Below, one piece after another: positions 52,989-64,000 of a stretch of DNA of 64,000 nucleotides. The translations under genes and the position numbers were made by a program. Origin of the DNA: Octopus sinensis (lineage: Eukaryota); NCBI RefSeq assembly GCF_006345805.1, contig NC_043008.1, positions 60,326,001 to 60,390,000 of the forward strand, in the 5' to 3' direction. How positions within the stretch are numbered: the first letter of the stretch is position 1; each line of letters starts with the position of its first letter. The notes below the pieces were generated by a model. The model was not told where the DNA came from, did no database searches, and worked only from the letters and a program-made list of their open reading frames with translations.

Positions 52989-53019
52989 AATAATAATAAT
53001 AATGATAATAGTAATGTTC

Positions 53020-53164
53020 AAGAGGTACTTTTTTTATTTACTCCGAAAGGATGAAAGACAAAGTTGAACTCGGCAGTGCTTGAACATAGAATGTTAAAAC
53101 AGACAAAATGTCACTAAAATTATCCTCAGCGCGCTAGCAAGTCTGCCAGCCCCAGCTCACCGCC

Positions 53165-53166
<2 letters not shown>
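53020..53166 (-). mobile_element. Degenerate SINE B
   Basis: ccgaaaggatgaaagacaaagttgaactcggc...ctgccagc...ctcaccgcctt. Confidence 0.75.
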
Positions 53167-53219
<53 letters not shown>

Positions 53220-53814
53220 TAATAATAATAATAATAATAATAATATAATAATAATAATAATAATAATAATAAATCAATAATAACAACAACATCAACATCA
53301 ATAGACATAATAATAAATATCAGACAAAAAATATTTAACAGAATAATTTGGTTTAATATCATAGTGACTCTTAAAAAGAACATAAGTACCAGTAAACTCT
53401 AATTTATCAGCTAAGTATTTTCGGAAAAAGAAATACAAAATATAAAAATTTTAACTATAATATTGTTTAATTAAGTTGTACGAATAATATTTGTATACGT
53501 ATAGCAAATAGTTACATTGAAAAATGTTTTAAGATCTATCATTTATTTACTTGTTATATCATTTTAAATCATACATGAAATAATTTAAATATTTCCAAAA
53601 CATACTTCAGAAATCTTTGAAAGGTCCTTCGTCATAACAATGTTGGAGTTTATATGGTTTTTCATAAATAAATAAACGCTATAAAGCGTTTTGTAACGTA
53701 AAGATGATAAATATTATATTTGTATTTCAGAGGATACTAAAATGTTATTCTATAAGAATTCTATCTTAAACGCCTGTTCAATGATTTTGTCTCCTTATAT
53801 CGAGTATTAGCGGA

Positions 53815-53998
53815 AATGCGGTGATTAGCTAGCAGGTTCGTTAGCGCGCTAGAGAAAATTTTACGGCGGCATTTTTTCCGGCTTTACATCCTGATATCAA
53901 ATAGTGCCCAGGAAGACTATATTTTCGTTCTTTCTGGGTTTAATGTAATCGACTAGCCCCCGTCACTCCTAAAATGTTACTATTTTAGAAAGGATTAT
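53815..53998 (+). mobile_element. Highly degenerate SINE B2
   Basis: Head gctagcaggttcgttagc and tail tagaaaggattatt. Confidence 0.5.
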
Positions 53999-54380
53999 TA
54001 GTTGAAATATTCAAAACTGCCTGACGCTTAACGGGTAGCAATACGCATCCCTTAATGGTGCACGTTCGAAGTGAATCAAAAGCCTTCTTTTGTTAAAATG
54101 AGTCGCTAAACTCTCAAAAACTACATTTGCTTTCATGATAAAAACTTCCAATTGTAATGTGAGTTAAATTAATAACTTCCAACATAATCGGTTGTCCGCT
54201 TATGCACCAAAAAACAAGATGAGATGATCCTATTGCCGAGTGCACCTCGACATTCATAGTGAAAAGAAACAATAAAGGCCTCAATTGGAAACGTCTCTGC
54301 AGGTTGAAAGCTGATATAAAACATCGGCTCACGAGTTGTTGCGATCAGCAGATATATATATATATATTTATATATATATA

Positions 54381-54620
54381 CCTTCCTTTATTGGTTTCAG
54401 TCATTTGAATGCAGCCATGCTGGAGCAACACCTTTAGTCGAAGAAATCGACCCTGGACTCACACTTTGTAAGCCTAGTAGCTATCCTATCGGTCTCTTTG
54501 CTGACCCGCTATGTTACGGGGACGTAAACACGACGGGATCGGTTGTCAAGAAATGGTAGTGGGGGGGGGGACAAACACAGACACACAAATATACATGCAT
54601 ATATATATATATATACGATG
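54381..54620 (-). mobile_element. SINE A 3' half
   Basis: Reverse-complement homology to 18900-19135. Confidence 0.85.
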
Positions 54621-54720
54621 CACTTCTCTCATATATATATATATGTAGGTAAATGAAAATTATTTCTAGCATGTCATGTCGAACTACCAAATAAGGGCTC
54701 TACTTTTACCGTTTGCATTC

Positions 54721-54768
54721 TGTAGTAGTAGTAGTGGTAGTAGTAGTAGTAGTAGTAGCAGCAGCAGC

Positions 54769-54809
<41 letters not shown>

Positions 54810-54840
54810 CAGTTGTAGTAGTAATAGTAGTAGTAGTAAT
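54721..54840. repeat. (AGT)n microsatellite
   Basis: Direct repeat; a similar tract lies at 56022-56132. Confidence 0.95.
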
Positions 54841-56054
54841 GGTAGATTCAGTCCATATCAGCCACGATCACTCGAAAGCATACTTGAAGGGACGTTTCCC
54901 CTATTTCCCCCTCTCCTCACCTTCATTATCCAGCAGGCACTTTCTTAGGACTTTGGTGTTTCTTTAGCAGAGTACTTGACTGCTATTTCTGCCATGTCAA
55001 TGCCATCCATATACAGCCTTACACAGTAGCTTTTTTTTTGTTGCCAGCAATTATAATGGTAGGTCAACATTTAAACGTACTTGTTCACGTTTTTTTGTAC
55101 TTTGTTCTCTAATTCCTCTTGTCTCCACTTGAGTACCTGAGTTATTTGCTTATAAATGTTCTACTCCTCGAATAGTTAACGTAATGCATTGCAGTTTGAG
55201 CAACAGAGAGAAAAAAAAACTTATTAAAGATTTCTAGTACCCTTTCATCTCTATATATACTGTGATATTTGAAGAGTAAGTGATGAAATGTTATTTCTCT
55301 CCATTTCTGAAGAATTGAATTTACACTGTATTGTTTATGCTTGTCGTGTTCAATAAAAGCAGCATAAAAGTTAACTATATTTCTATAGAAAAGCATAGCT
55401 TTGATAGTTGAAAGCAATAGGATTAATTAAGAGTGCTTCTACGAACAAGTGAAAACAACTGTTAGAATCAAACTACATCAGAACAATATCATGTCTATTT
55501 ATTGACTAGTGCCTCATAAAGGCCCATTAGTGTATCGATAGAAGGTGCTATGCTAAAGATGAATTATATCGAACACACAGGAAATACATTTCAGAGCGGT
55601 CGATACAGCATATCGATTTCTGAGTGTATGTGGTCAGTCAACTTCCTAGAAAAAGTAGACAAATCTCATCGTATCAGACCGTACGGTCTTAAAACTGAAA
55701 GGACATTTTGCGTAATATAGATCTAAGTACATTGTACCTGAAAGTAAAATGACTGGCTAGCCATAACGAAAAGGTATTTGATCATAAGGTTGGTCTTCAG
55801 ATTTGACATGAAGCTTAAAAATTAACAAAAGTTTACCAGCTCACTTACAATTACCCCCTAGAAAACAATGAAACAAAACAATCAAGCTGAATACTACCAG
55901 AATGTCTGGATTTCAGAGCATAGATAAATGGGAGGACAACAATCGATTGGTCATTAACAATTAACAAATGAATGGTAATCCAATTATTTGTGTGTTAATG
56001 TAACTATTGTGTGTTTGGAGAGTAGTTTGTAGTAGTCGTAGTAGTAGTAGTAGC

Positions 56055-56099
<45 letters not shown>

Positions 56100-56159
56100 T
56101 GTAGTAGTAATAGTAGTAGTAGTAGTAGTAGTTATTGTTTTTGTTGTTGTTATTATTAG

Positions 56160-56352
56160 TCGGCGTGCTGGCAGAACTGTTAGCTCAGCACCGTTTCTTC
56201 AGGTGTGTACGTTCTGAGTTCAAATTCTAAGTTCGATTTGCTTTTCATTTTTTCTGGGTCGATGAAATAAGTACCTGTTGAGAACTGGGTCGATGTGCTC
56301 GGCTAGCCTCCGCCCACCAAATTTCAATCCTTGTGCCTATAGCAGAAACGAT
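56160..56352 (+). mobile_element. SINE B2, diverged
   Basis: cggcgtgctggcagaactgttagc...ttgtgcctatagcagaaacgattat. Confidence 0.75.
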
Positions 56353-57949
56353 TATAATTTTTATTATAATAAAAGTGCTGCTACATAATTTATATGAAAA
56401 GTCGTTGACTACTAAGCGCCATGAAAATCAAGAATTTCCCTCCTTACGGATTCTCGCAGAAAGTTGGACGAAATAGGTAAATGTTCAGGTGACGTAGAAT
56501 AAAGAACTCAAGCCCCAAAGTCTTTCAATGAGTTCCATAAAAAATAATGACTCCTAGAAAGTGTATTGTTTTATTTACTGTTGTATGTTAGGGAGAAATA
56601 TTAATAGTGGCTTCCTTACGAACCTCCATGCGAAACAAAATCGGTTTTGGCAGGCTCATTTCTGTTGATATAATAGACACACATGCAAACGTGGAGTACA
56701 AACATGCAAACGTGGAGTACACACACACACACACACACACTCACGCGCACACACACACACACACACATGTCCTTGAGTTTGTTAATATACCTATGCTAGT
56801 TAATCGGCCATTACAGAACAGAATATTTTGTGGAATTTTTTCAAATATCGAACGTGGATCTATGTAAGGTGCCACAGTGAATCCATTCACTAATTTACCA
56901 TTAACTAACTTAATTATCCCATATTGTTACAGATATATTTAGTTTACAATAATAACGAGTTTTCTGTGTTTTGCCTCTGCTATCAAACATCGAAAAACCT
57001 ATGCACACATATATTTGCAAAGTCAGCAAATGGACATATCTAGATATATAAAGTACTATTTTTCATAAAACATGCTTTTAAACCATTCTGTCTTCTTAAG
57101 TAATGCATGCCTAAAACTTTAGAAATTATTGAATATATTTGGAAGAGAATTTTAGTTCATATTTCCTTTAATTAAGTCTTTTGTTAGACTATTGTCATAA
57201 CGACTATTGTACACTGACGATGCTACTTTGCTTATATCGAACATAACATTATCATTTCGAAGTGTTTATTTCGTACGTAGTATGCATGTTAATATGAGGG
57301 ATTTATAGCAGACTTTAAAAATACTGACTTTATATTTAATTATAAAATATGACGTCTATGGGAAATGCTTCCCTAACCTGGTAACAAAACATAGTATAAG
57401 ATCGCTAAGATATATGCTGAACGTATGAATATTAAATAGAAATTGCTGAGGCTAATAACACAACAATCTGCGTTCTTATAGAAATATACGGAGACTAGCA
57501 GTTTGCAGTGATTGACTGCAAGTCTATTTAATATTATTGCAATGCTGTTATGTGAATAGTTTATGCAATATTTCATCACGTTCTCCTAATTCTTTTCCTC
57601 CAAACCTTTTCCCTTTATCACATACCCTCCCTCTCTTCACACACATACACACATACGCACACACACACACCACACACACACACACACACACCACACACAC
57701 ACACACACAAACACACAAACACACACACACGCAAAAGATTTATGTGAGTATAAACTACACCTTTGTCTTTCTATCCCTCGTAACCCGTCCGTGTTTCTCT
57801 CACTTTAGATGCTTCTACTTAATCACATATAATGAAAATGGAACATATACGCATGGATTTGTGTATCATAAATGTCATTGTGTGTATATGGGCGAGTGTG
57901 TGCGCGTCAGTCAAGCAATTAATGATAATAGAATGTAAATTTTATTTTC

Positions 57950-58052
57950 GCTGTGTGGCACCTTAGGCAAGTGTCTTCTGCTATAGCCTCGGGCTGACCA
58001 AAGCCTTTTGAGTAAATTTTGGTAGACGGAAACTGAACGGCGTCCGTCGTAT
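57950..58052 (+). mobile_element. SINE A middle fragment running into an expanded TA tract
   Basis: ggcaccttaggcaagtgtcttctgctatagcc...ggtagacggaaactgaa...cgtcgtata. Confidence 0.85.
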
Positions 58053-58055
58053 ACG

Positions 58056-58129
<74 letters not shown>

Positions 58130-58145
58130 CGCATCTATATACACA

Positions 58146-58208
<63 letters not shown>

Positions 58209-58799
58209 GCATCTATATACACATATATGTATATATACATATATCATATTTTCGCTCGGTTACATTTGTTTTCGTTCCTCTGCTCGACAAACAAACAACA
58301 ATCGTAGATATCTGAACTGTTCTGTATAATTTGAGAAGCGATTCAAATGTTTAATAATTTCATTATTTCCGTTTTGTGATACGTTACACAACGTTATGTT
58401 ATAGCACTCGACCAATAGCCTGAACATTTTTTTGTTACTTTTATTCAAACGGATTATTGACCTCTCCCTCAAACTTTCACCATTCTGAGAAAGGGAATCG
58501 TCCACAAAGGTTCCCACAAGGAGGACAATTCAGAAAGAGAGAGAGAGAGAAAGAGAGAGAAACAAACAGAGAGAATAAAGGATAGTAGGAGAGAGAGAGA
58601 GAAAAAAAAGAACAAGAACGAGAGTTTAAATCTGAGAGGGAGAGGGTTGGGGATATGGGTGGGTGAAGAGTGGAGAGCAAGAGACATAGAGAAGGGAGGG
58701 GAGAGGGAGAGAGAGTGGAGGGGAGAGGGAGAGAGAGTGGAGGGGAGACAGGAGGAGAGAGAGGAAGAGAGATTGAGCGTGAGTGAAGTTTTGTTTGAT

Positions 58800-59110
58800 C
58801 CTATTTTATCGAGCCTGGACGGAGGAAAGGCAAATTTAACATCTGCGAGATTTGAACCACGGTATCATTGCTTAAATAGTGCTTATTTTAACGACCCCGA
58901 AATTATGAAAGGTAACGACAACTTCGTTGGAATTTGGACTCAGAATGTAGACGGACGAAATGCCGCGAAGCATTCCTCATTTATGAAGACAATTAATTAT
59001 TTCTAACATAAACAAGGGGCCAGAAATTATATGGAGGGAGGGGAGCTTAGTCGATTACATAATGGCCCGTACATGACTGGTACTTTAGCAATCCCGAAAG
59101 GACGCAAGGC
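58800..59110 (-). mobile_element. Cluster of degenerate SINE B fragments
   Basis: gaccccgaaa...tgaaagg, ggaatttggactcagaatgta, agtcgattacat...actggtactt. Confidence 0.55.
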
Positions 59111-61280
59111 AGAACGCCTATACATATATCCTCAATAATATGATGAAGTGCTTCAATCTGGAACATCTTTCTTTAGAGTTAATCTAGAGTTAAGCTACCT
59201 AAATAATATCAATACCTACCCCTTACTTGTTATAGTACTGGATTGAAACGGTTTCCACAATTCTATATTCAGTCCCGGATTGAAATCCTTACAATGGTCT
59301 TAACACCGCTTTGTATGTCTGAATACAAGCAACGTTTGTAAATCATGATGATATGGTTTCCTTGTTAATTCTCATTCGCGTCTGTGACTAATTCTATAGT
59401 GTATTTTAAGATATCTGAAATATGGAGATAACTTCCAATCTTGACAAGTAGCTTTGTGTAGATTTTATTCCATCAAGTATTGTAACTCAGCGAAGATCAA
59501 AACGCCCAAAACGAGATATAGTGGAAAATTAAATGAAATGGTTCGGAAATGTATAGTTAAGGTGTCTAATGTTTCGTTAAAATTAGTTTGAAAATACATC
59601 ACGGTTCTTTTTTTTTACATTGTTTACAAGCATTCATTAAACTCGTTCAATTTTAAAAAAAATAAATAAAACGTAGTTTATTTGGAAGGTAGTTACAAAC
59701 GTTGATTTTATTTATCAAAATAAACTGAGCGTGATTTAAGATAGAAGAGTTAAACTTCGAAAAGCGCAACAAGCTGTAAAATACCTGACAGAAATGATTA
59801 AAAAAAAACACAGAGAAGCGATTTATCCTTTCTTTCATGAGAAAGTAAAGAAATTTAAGTTGAAACTAAGAAAATGAAAGAAAATATAACAGCTGGCATC
59901 ACAGGTTATAGAATTACTATAGCAACACTATGAGAAAAAGTGAACGAACAAAAACATGTTCTGTGATCAGATCAGAGTAAAATGTTCGTTTATACTTTTC
60001 TTTTGTTTCTTACAAGGAAAGCGATGAAAAGTGCTGTGTGCTTTGAGCGATTCCTGAGGTAGAAATAAGAGATGATTCATTACAGGCTACAAGCATATTA
60101 TTTTTTCGTTAAGTGTGAAATATTGGGGAGTTCATAAGAGGTGGAATCACTTACAAAAGGGTTCAGTTTTCTTTAGGGGTGTGGAGTACACAAGAGAGAT
60201 TGTGTTTAATGTTTTGCAGGGGAATAGCTGGCGGTAGGTAGAAATGCATGTAAAAGGGTTACGCTTCTACTTGAATACGTTATATCAAACCGGTTACTAT
60301 ATTGAGAGATTTCTATAATAAAGGCAGGTGTACAAAGAGAAGTTCTTGCTGAGAAAATATTGGCAAAGATGTATTTCTTAAATCTGAATAATTTCTACAT
60401 TATATTATACGCATAGTGATCGAAATGGTTTGCTCATATTTCAGCTGTGCAGGTGGTCGATTTTTTTCACAAACATTTATGTTTATCTTGTAATTTTTTG
60501 GCAGAAGACCTCTGAAAGTCTAGGGCTGTTCAAGTGGGATTACTTAGAAGTTTAGCTATCTAAACAGAAGAGATTTAAAAAAAATGAAAGGAAAGAAGAA
60601 AAAACACTTGAAACGATGCCAAGAGGAAACAAAACATAAGTGAATGTATATTTTTCCGTTTGTTTCTTAGTCCGGAATATTTTCAAGATTTTCTTTTGAA
60701 AGACAAATATTTTGCTATCGGGTTTCTCTGAGATATTATCAAGAATTATTGTTCTTTCACACGTATTAATGGGAAAGAGAGAGAGAGAGAGAGAGAAAGG
60801 AGAGTGAAAAAGAGAGAGATGAAAAGAGCAAGAAAGAAAGAGAGACGTCGGGTGGAGATTGACTATACGGGTGTGAAGCCACATAACGATATATTAATGA
60901 CAGGTTTTAAAGAACAACTTAGTAACTTAATCAGGTACAAAGTCAAACATAGTTGTGTATTCATGTCGAGATAAACATTCTTCGTAATAATAATAATACT
61001 GTGATATTTTTTTCGCCCAAGCACACGAACAATTGTCTAGTGAGGAGGAACGAAGTCGATGCAGTTTTACTGTGGTCATATTGAGGTACCACATTGAAGA
61101 GTTTATTTTATAAGATCAGCTCTGTTAAAGAGTTCATTAATCATTTTACCGAAAATCAGTTCCCTGAAATGCTAAGTTACGGGCCATACGGAGACACAGA
61201 TATACATACACGCGATATATATATATACACACATATATACATATACCTGCACGCAAATATATGCATACATACATACATAT

Positions 61281-61398
61281 AGTTCAAATTTACAGGAAAC
61301 AAAAGACGAACACAGACAAGCAAACAACAAGTAGGTGTATTAGTTTAACTCTCGGGAAGAATGGAAAATTCTTTGACGTTTCGAGCCTACGCTCTTCA
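61281..61398 (-). mobile_element. Dispersed repeat G copy
   Basis: Reverse complement ttgaagagcgtaggctcgaaacgtcaaag...ctaatacacctacttgttg...ttcgtcttttgtttcctgtaaattt. Confidence 0.8.
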
Positions 61399-61443
61399 AT
61401 ATATATATGTTCTGTTCTGTTTTTGTGTTTCCAACGGATTTCC

Positions 61444-61537
61444 TTTTTTCTTCCTGATGAGAAAGACACAATATGGTCCCATTATTCAATCGGATTTTGG
61501 TAATTTGTGCCTTTCGAAACACGTGTAGAATGAAATA
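61444..61537 (+). ncRNA. Type I hammerhead ribozyme (Penelope/retrozyme type)
   Basis: CTGATGA at 61454-61460; helix II GAAAGACACAA/TTGTGCCTTTC (10 of 11 paired); GAAA at 61516-61519; short palindromic helix III ACACGTGT; GUA triplet at 61525-61527; helix I tttc-ttc/gaa-t-gaaa. Confidence 0.75.
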
Positions 61538-61611
61538 AAACGATTTCTGTTCAATCTGCGTTCAGCTCCATTTCTTCAATTCACCAATAATGTTATATAT
61601 ATATATATAAT

Positions 61612-61680
<69 letters not shown>

Positions 61681-61869
61681 TATATAATTGAAATATGTTA
61701 CAAAAGAAATAGAAACTACACGTAGAAACCGGTATGCTTTTGAATCTCTTTAACAATTCACAATCATGACTTTTATTACTTTAATTCTTACCTCAGTTCA
61801 TCTAATTGTGTATCTCTATCGTTACTTTTCATAAAAGCATTTTTCGCTTATTTTTCTTCTTACTTCCTC

Positions 61870-61940
<71 letters not shown>

Positions 61941-62149
61941 GTATGTATGTATGTATGTATAGAAGAGCGTAGGCTCGTAACGTATACTTAGTTTCACGTT
62001 GATCCAGTTTACTGAACTATGAATTGGTATCTTTGCGACGAATGTTAATATAAAAGCCATTCGTCCATGCTACCGTGCAGTGGAAATGAGCACAGAACCA
62101 CTATGTAGCCATATCTTCAAATGTAATTGGCTGAAATATTTTCAACGAC

Positions 62150-62400
62150 ATCCCAGAAACCAAATAAACACTACATGTCGTGTCTTAAGTATTTCAGTAT
62201 TTAAAATCCAGGGAAACATCTTTTGAGCGTACTGCATCTAATCTGTCTAACCGCTGCTCTTGCCAAATCTACATCCGAGAGATTGAAGACCAGAATAAAT
62301 TATATACGATATGAGGCTTCCATATTTTCAGGGGAGCAATAAAATATTCACAACGTGTATCTTCCATATCTTTAAGGGAGCTCATAAAGTCACAGGCACT
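62150..62400 (-). pseudogene. Decayed RTE-type LINE fragment
   Basis: Minus-strand pieces SSLKDME..LKIWK, GC-IW and RLDAVRS-RCF-IL follow the RTE order (KIWK, YGCETW, RLDAF.RCLR.IL). Confidence 0.4.
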
Positions 62401-62663
62401 GTAAGAATACTAGGTCAGGTTTGAGAAATAAGTATATCGTAGATTCTTTATGAGAGCGTTCGTACTTACGTATACACATGCATGCATGTTTGACCTGATA
62501 TATGGGCAAGTTTATAGGCCTGCTTCGTGATGCACATGAATACAAATATAGACACAATCATTTGCTTATATAATGCATATATACAGAAATATATTTCTAT
62601 GTTCGTGTGCGTGTGTATATATATGTATATATTAATATATATAAATATACATATATGTGTGTT

Positions 62664-62734
<71 letters not shown>

Positions 62735-63065
62735 ATATATATTATAATATATAGGTACACGCACAGACGCACACCACACGTCTCTCTGATTTAAATATGG
62801 AGAGCGTATGACGGATAGATTGATGGAAGAGATGTAATGAAGATCGATAGAAAAACATCTTTATACACACGGACATATATCTATATTAATATATATACAT
62901 AAATGCGTATACATACGTACTCATTACATATATACATGCATATGTGTATGCATATATATATATTTATATTTGTACACACAGATATATACATACATACATA
63001 CATACATACATATATGTATGCATTATATATATATATATATATATATATTTTATTTGTACACACAG

Positions 63066-63099
<34 letters not shown>

Positions 63100-63760
63100 G
63101 GATATATATATATATATATATATAGGTAAATATATATATGTGTGTATGTGAGTGTGTGCGCGTGTATACTTATATACACACACAAACATGTACATATGTG
63201 TATCTGCTTATGAAAAGGACACTGAGTGTAAATATGGAGAACGAATGACATACATAGAAATTGCAGCAAATCGTGATTTATTTCTGTGTTTTGTTAGGAA
63301 AAAATAAAAAAAAAGACAAGAGGATAATGAGAATGAATTGGTACTAATAAGAAAAAAATATGAAGAAGAAAATTGATTAAGAGAATAAAAGAATGAAAAC
63401 ATTAACGCTTGTCTAGATGGATTGCGTAGGAGGGAAGAATTGGCAGAGATGAAATTGAAAGGAAAATTCTGGTAAAAGGGAACGAAGTCACACCTAAAGG
63501 AAAAGATCATAGTAAAGAAGAGAGATGAATCGGAGAATAGAAAGGATAAATGAAAAATAATAGCGACAGGTGAGTGAATATATAAGAAATATATAACGCA
63601 ATAAAAGTAAAATTGATAATTAATTTACACAGACACAAGATTCCCATGCTTAAATACACACATACGTACTCAGACTCACAAATATATTAAACCCTCACAC
63701 GCTTATGTATATATGTTTGTAGTTATATATGTATACGCTGTGTGTATGCATACAGTATGT

Positions 63761-64000
63761 GGAGGCGCAATGGCCCAGTGGTTAGGGCAGCGGACTCGCG
63801 GTCATAGGATCGCGGTTTCGATTCCCAGACCGGGCGTTGTGAGTGTTTATTGAGCGAAAACACCTAAAAGCTCCACGAGGCTCCGGCAGGGGATGGTGGT
63901 GATCCTTGCTGTACTCTTTCACCACAACTTTCTCTCACTCTTGCGTCCTGTTTCTGTTGTACCTTTATTTCAAGGGGCCAGCCTTGTCACTCTCTGTGTC
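63761..64000 (+). mobile_element. SINE with head/body C entering tail X, cut by the window edge
   Basis: tggcccagtggtta A box and gtttcgattccc B box; ends tttcaaggggccagccttgtcactctctgtgtc as at 35783. Confidence 0.9.

Noticed and set aside
57213-57315. CTGACGA-TGCTA...TAGCA hammerhead-like start
   Set aside because: No GAAA, helix III or cleavage triplet follows.
59150-60550. Possible LINE RT remnants on the minus strand (IQTYKAVLRPL; FSARTS)
   Set aside because: Only isolated short motif resemblances; cannot be supported by eye.
63761-63835. tRNA gene calls for SINE heads (also 2253, 23712, 37187)
   Set aside because: A/B boxes are present, but each continues into a SINE body and lacks a clean acceptor stem and terminator.

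Overview
This is AT-rich, microsatellite-saturated eukaryotic DNA. The SINE families and the (TA)n/(TATC)n/(AAT)n density point to an octopus (coleoid cephalopod) genome; that is an inference, not a database result. I recognise no intact host protein-coding exon, so the window is intergenic or a large intron, and nearly all ORFs in the track are microsatellite artefacts. Contents: four tRNA-headed SINE families (labelled A-D here), many with target-site duplications; decayed transposases (Tc1, mariner, maT/DD37D-like); non-LTR fragments (RTE, R4/Dong-like, CR1-like 3' end, Penelope GIY-YIG); an ~830 bp foldback element; and an ~540 bp non-coding element that sits in (AAT)n tracts. The most notable observations are five. 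(1) An apparently intact type I hammerhead ribozyme at 61444-61537, with several decayed relatives. (2) SINE B1 joined four times to the same site inside another B copy. (3) All four head/tail combinations of two SINE heads and two tails. (4) The probable partner LINE tail of SINE A. (5) An (AAT)n-targeting non-autonomous element near an R4/Dong-like remnant. Family names are by-eye assignments and boundaries are approximate.
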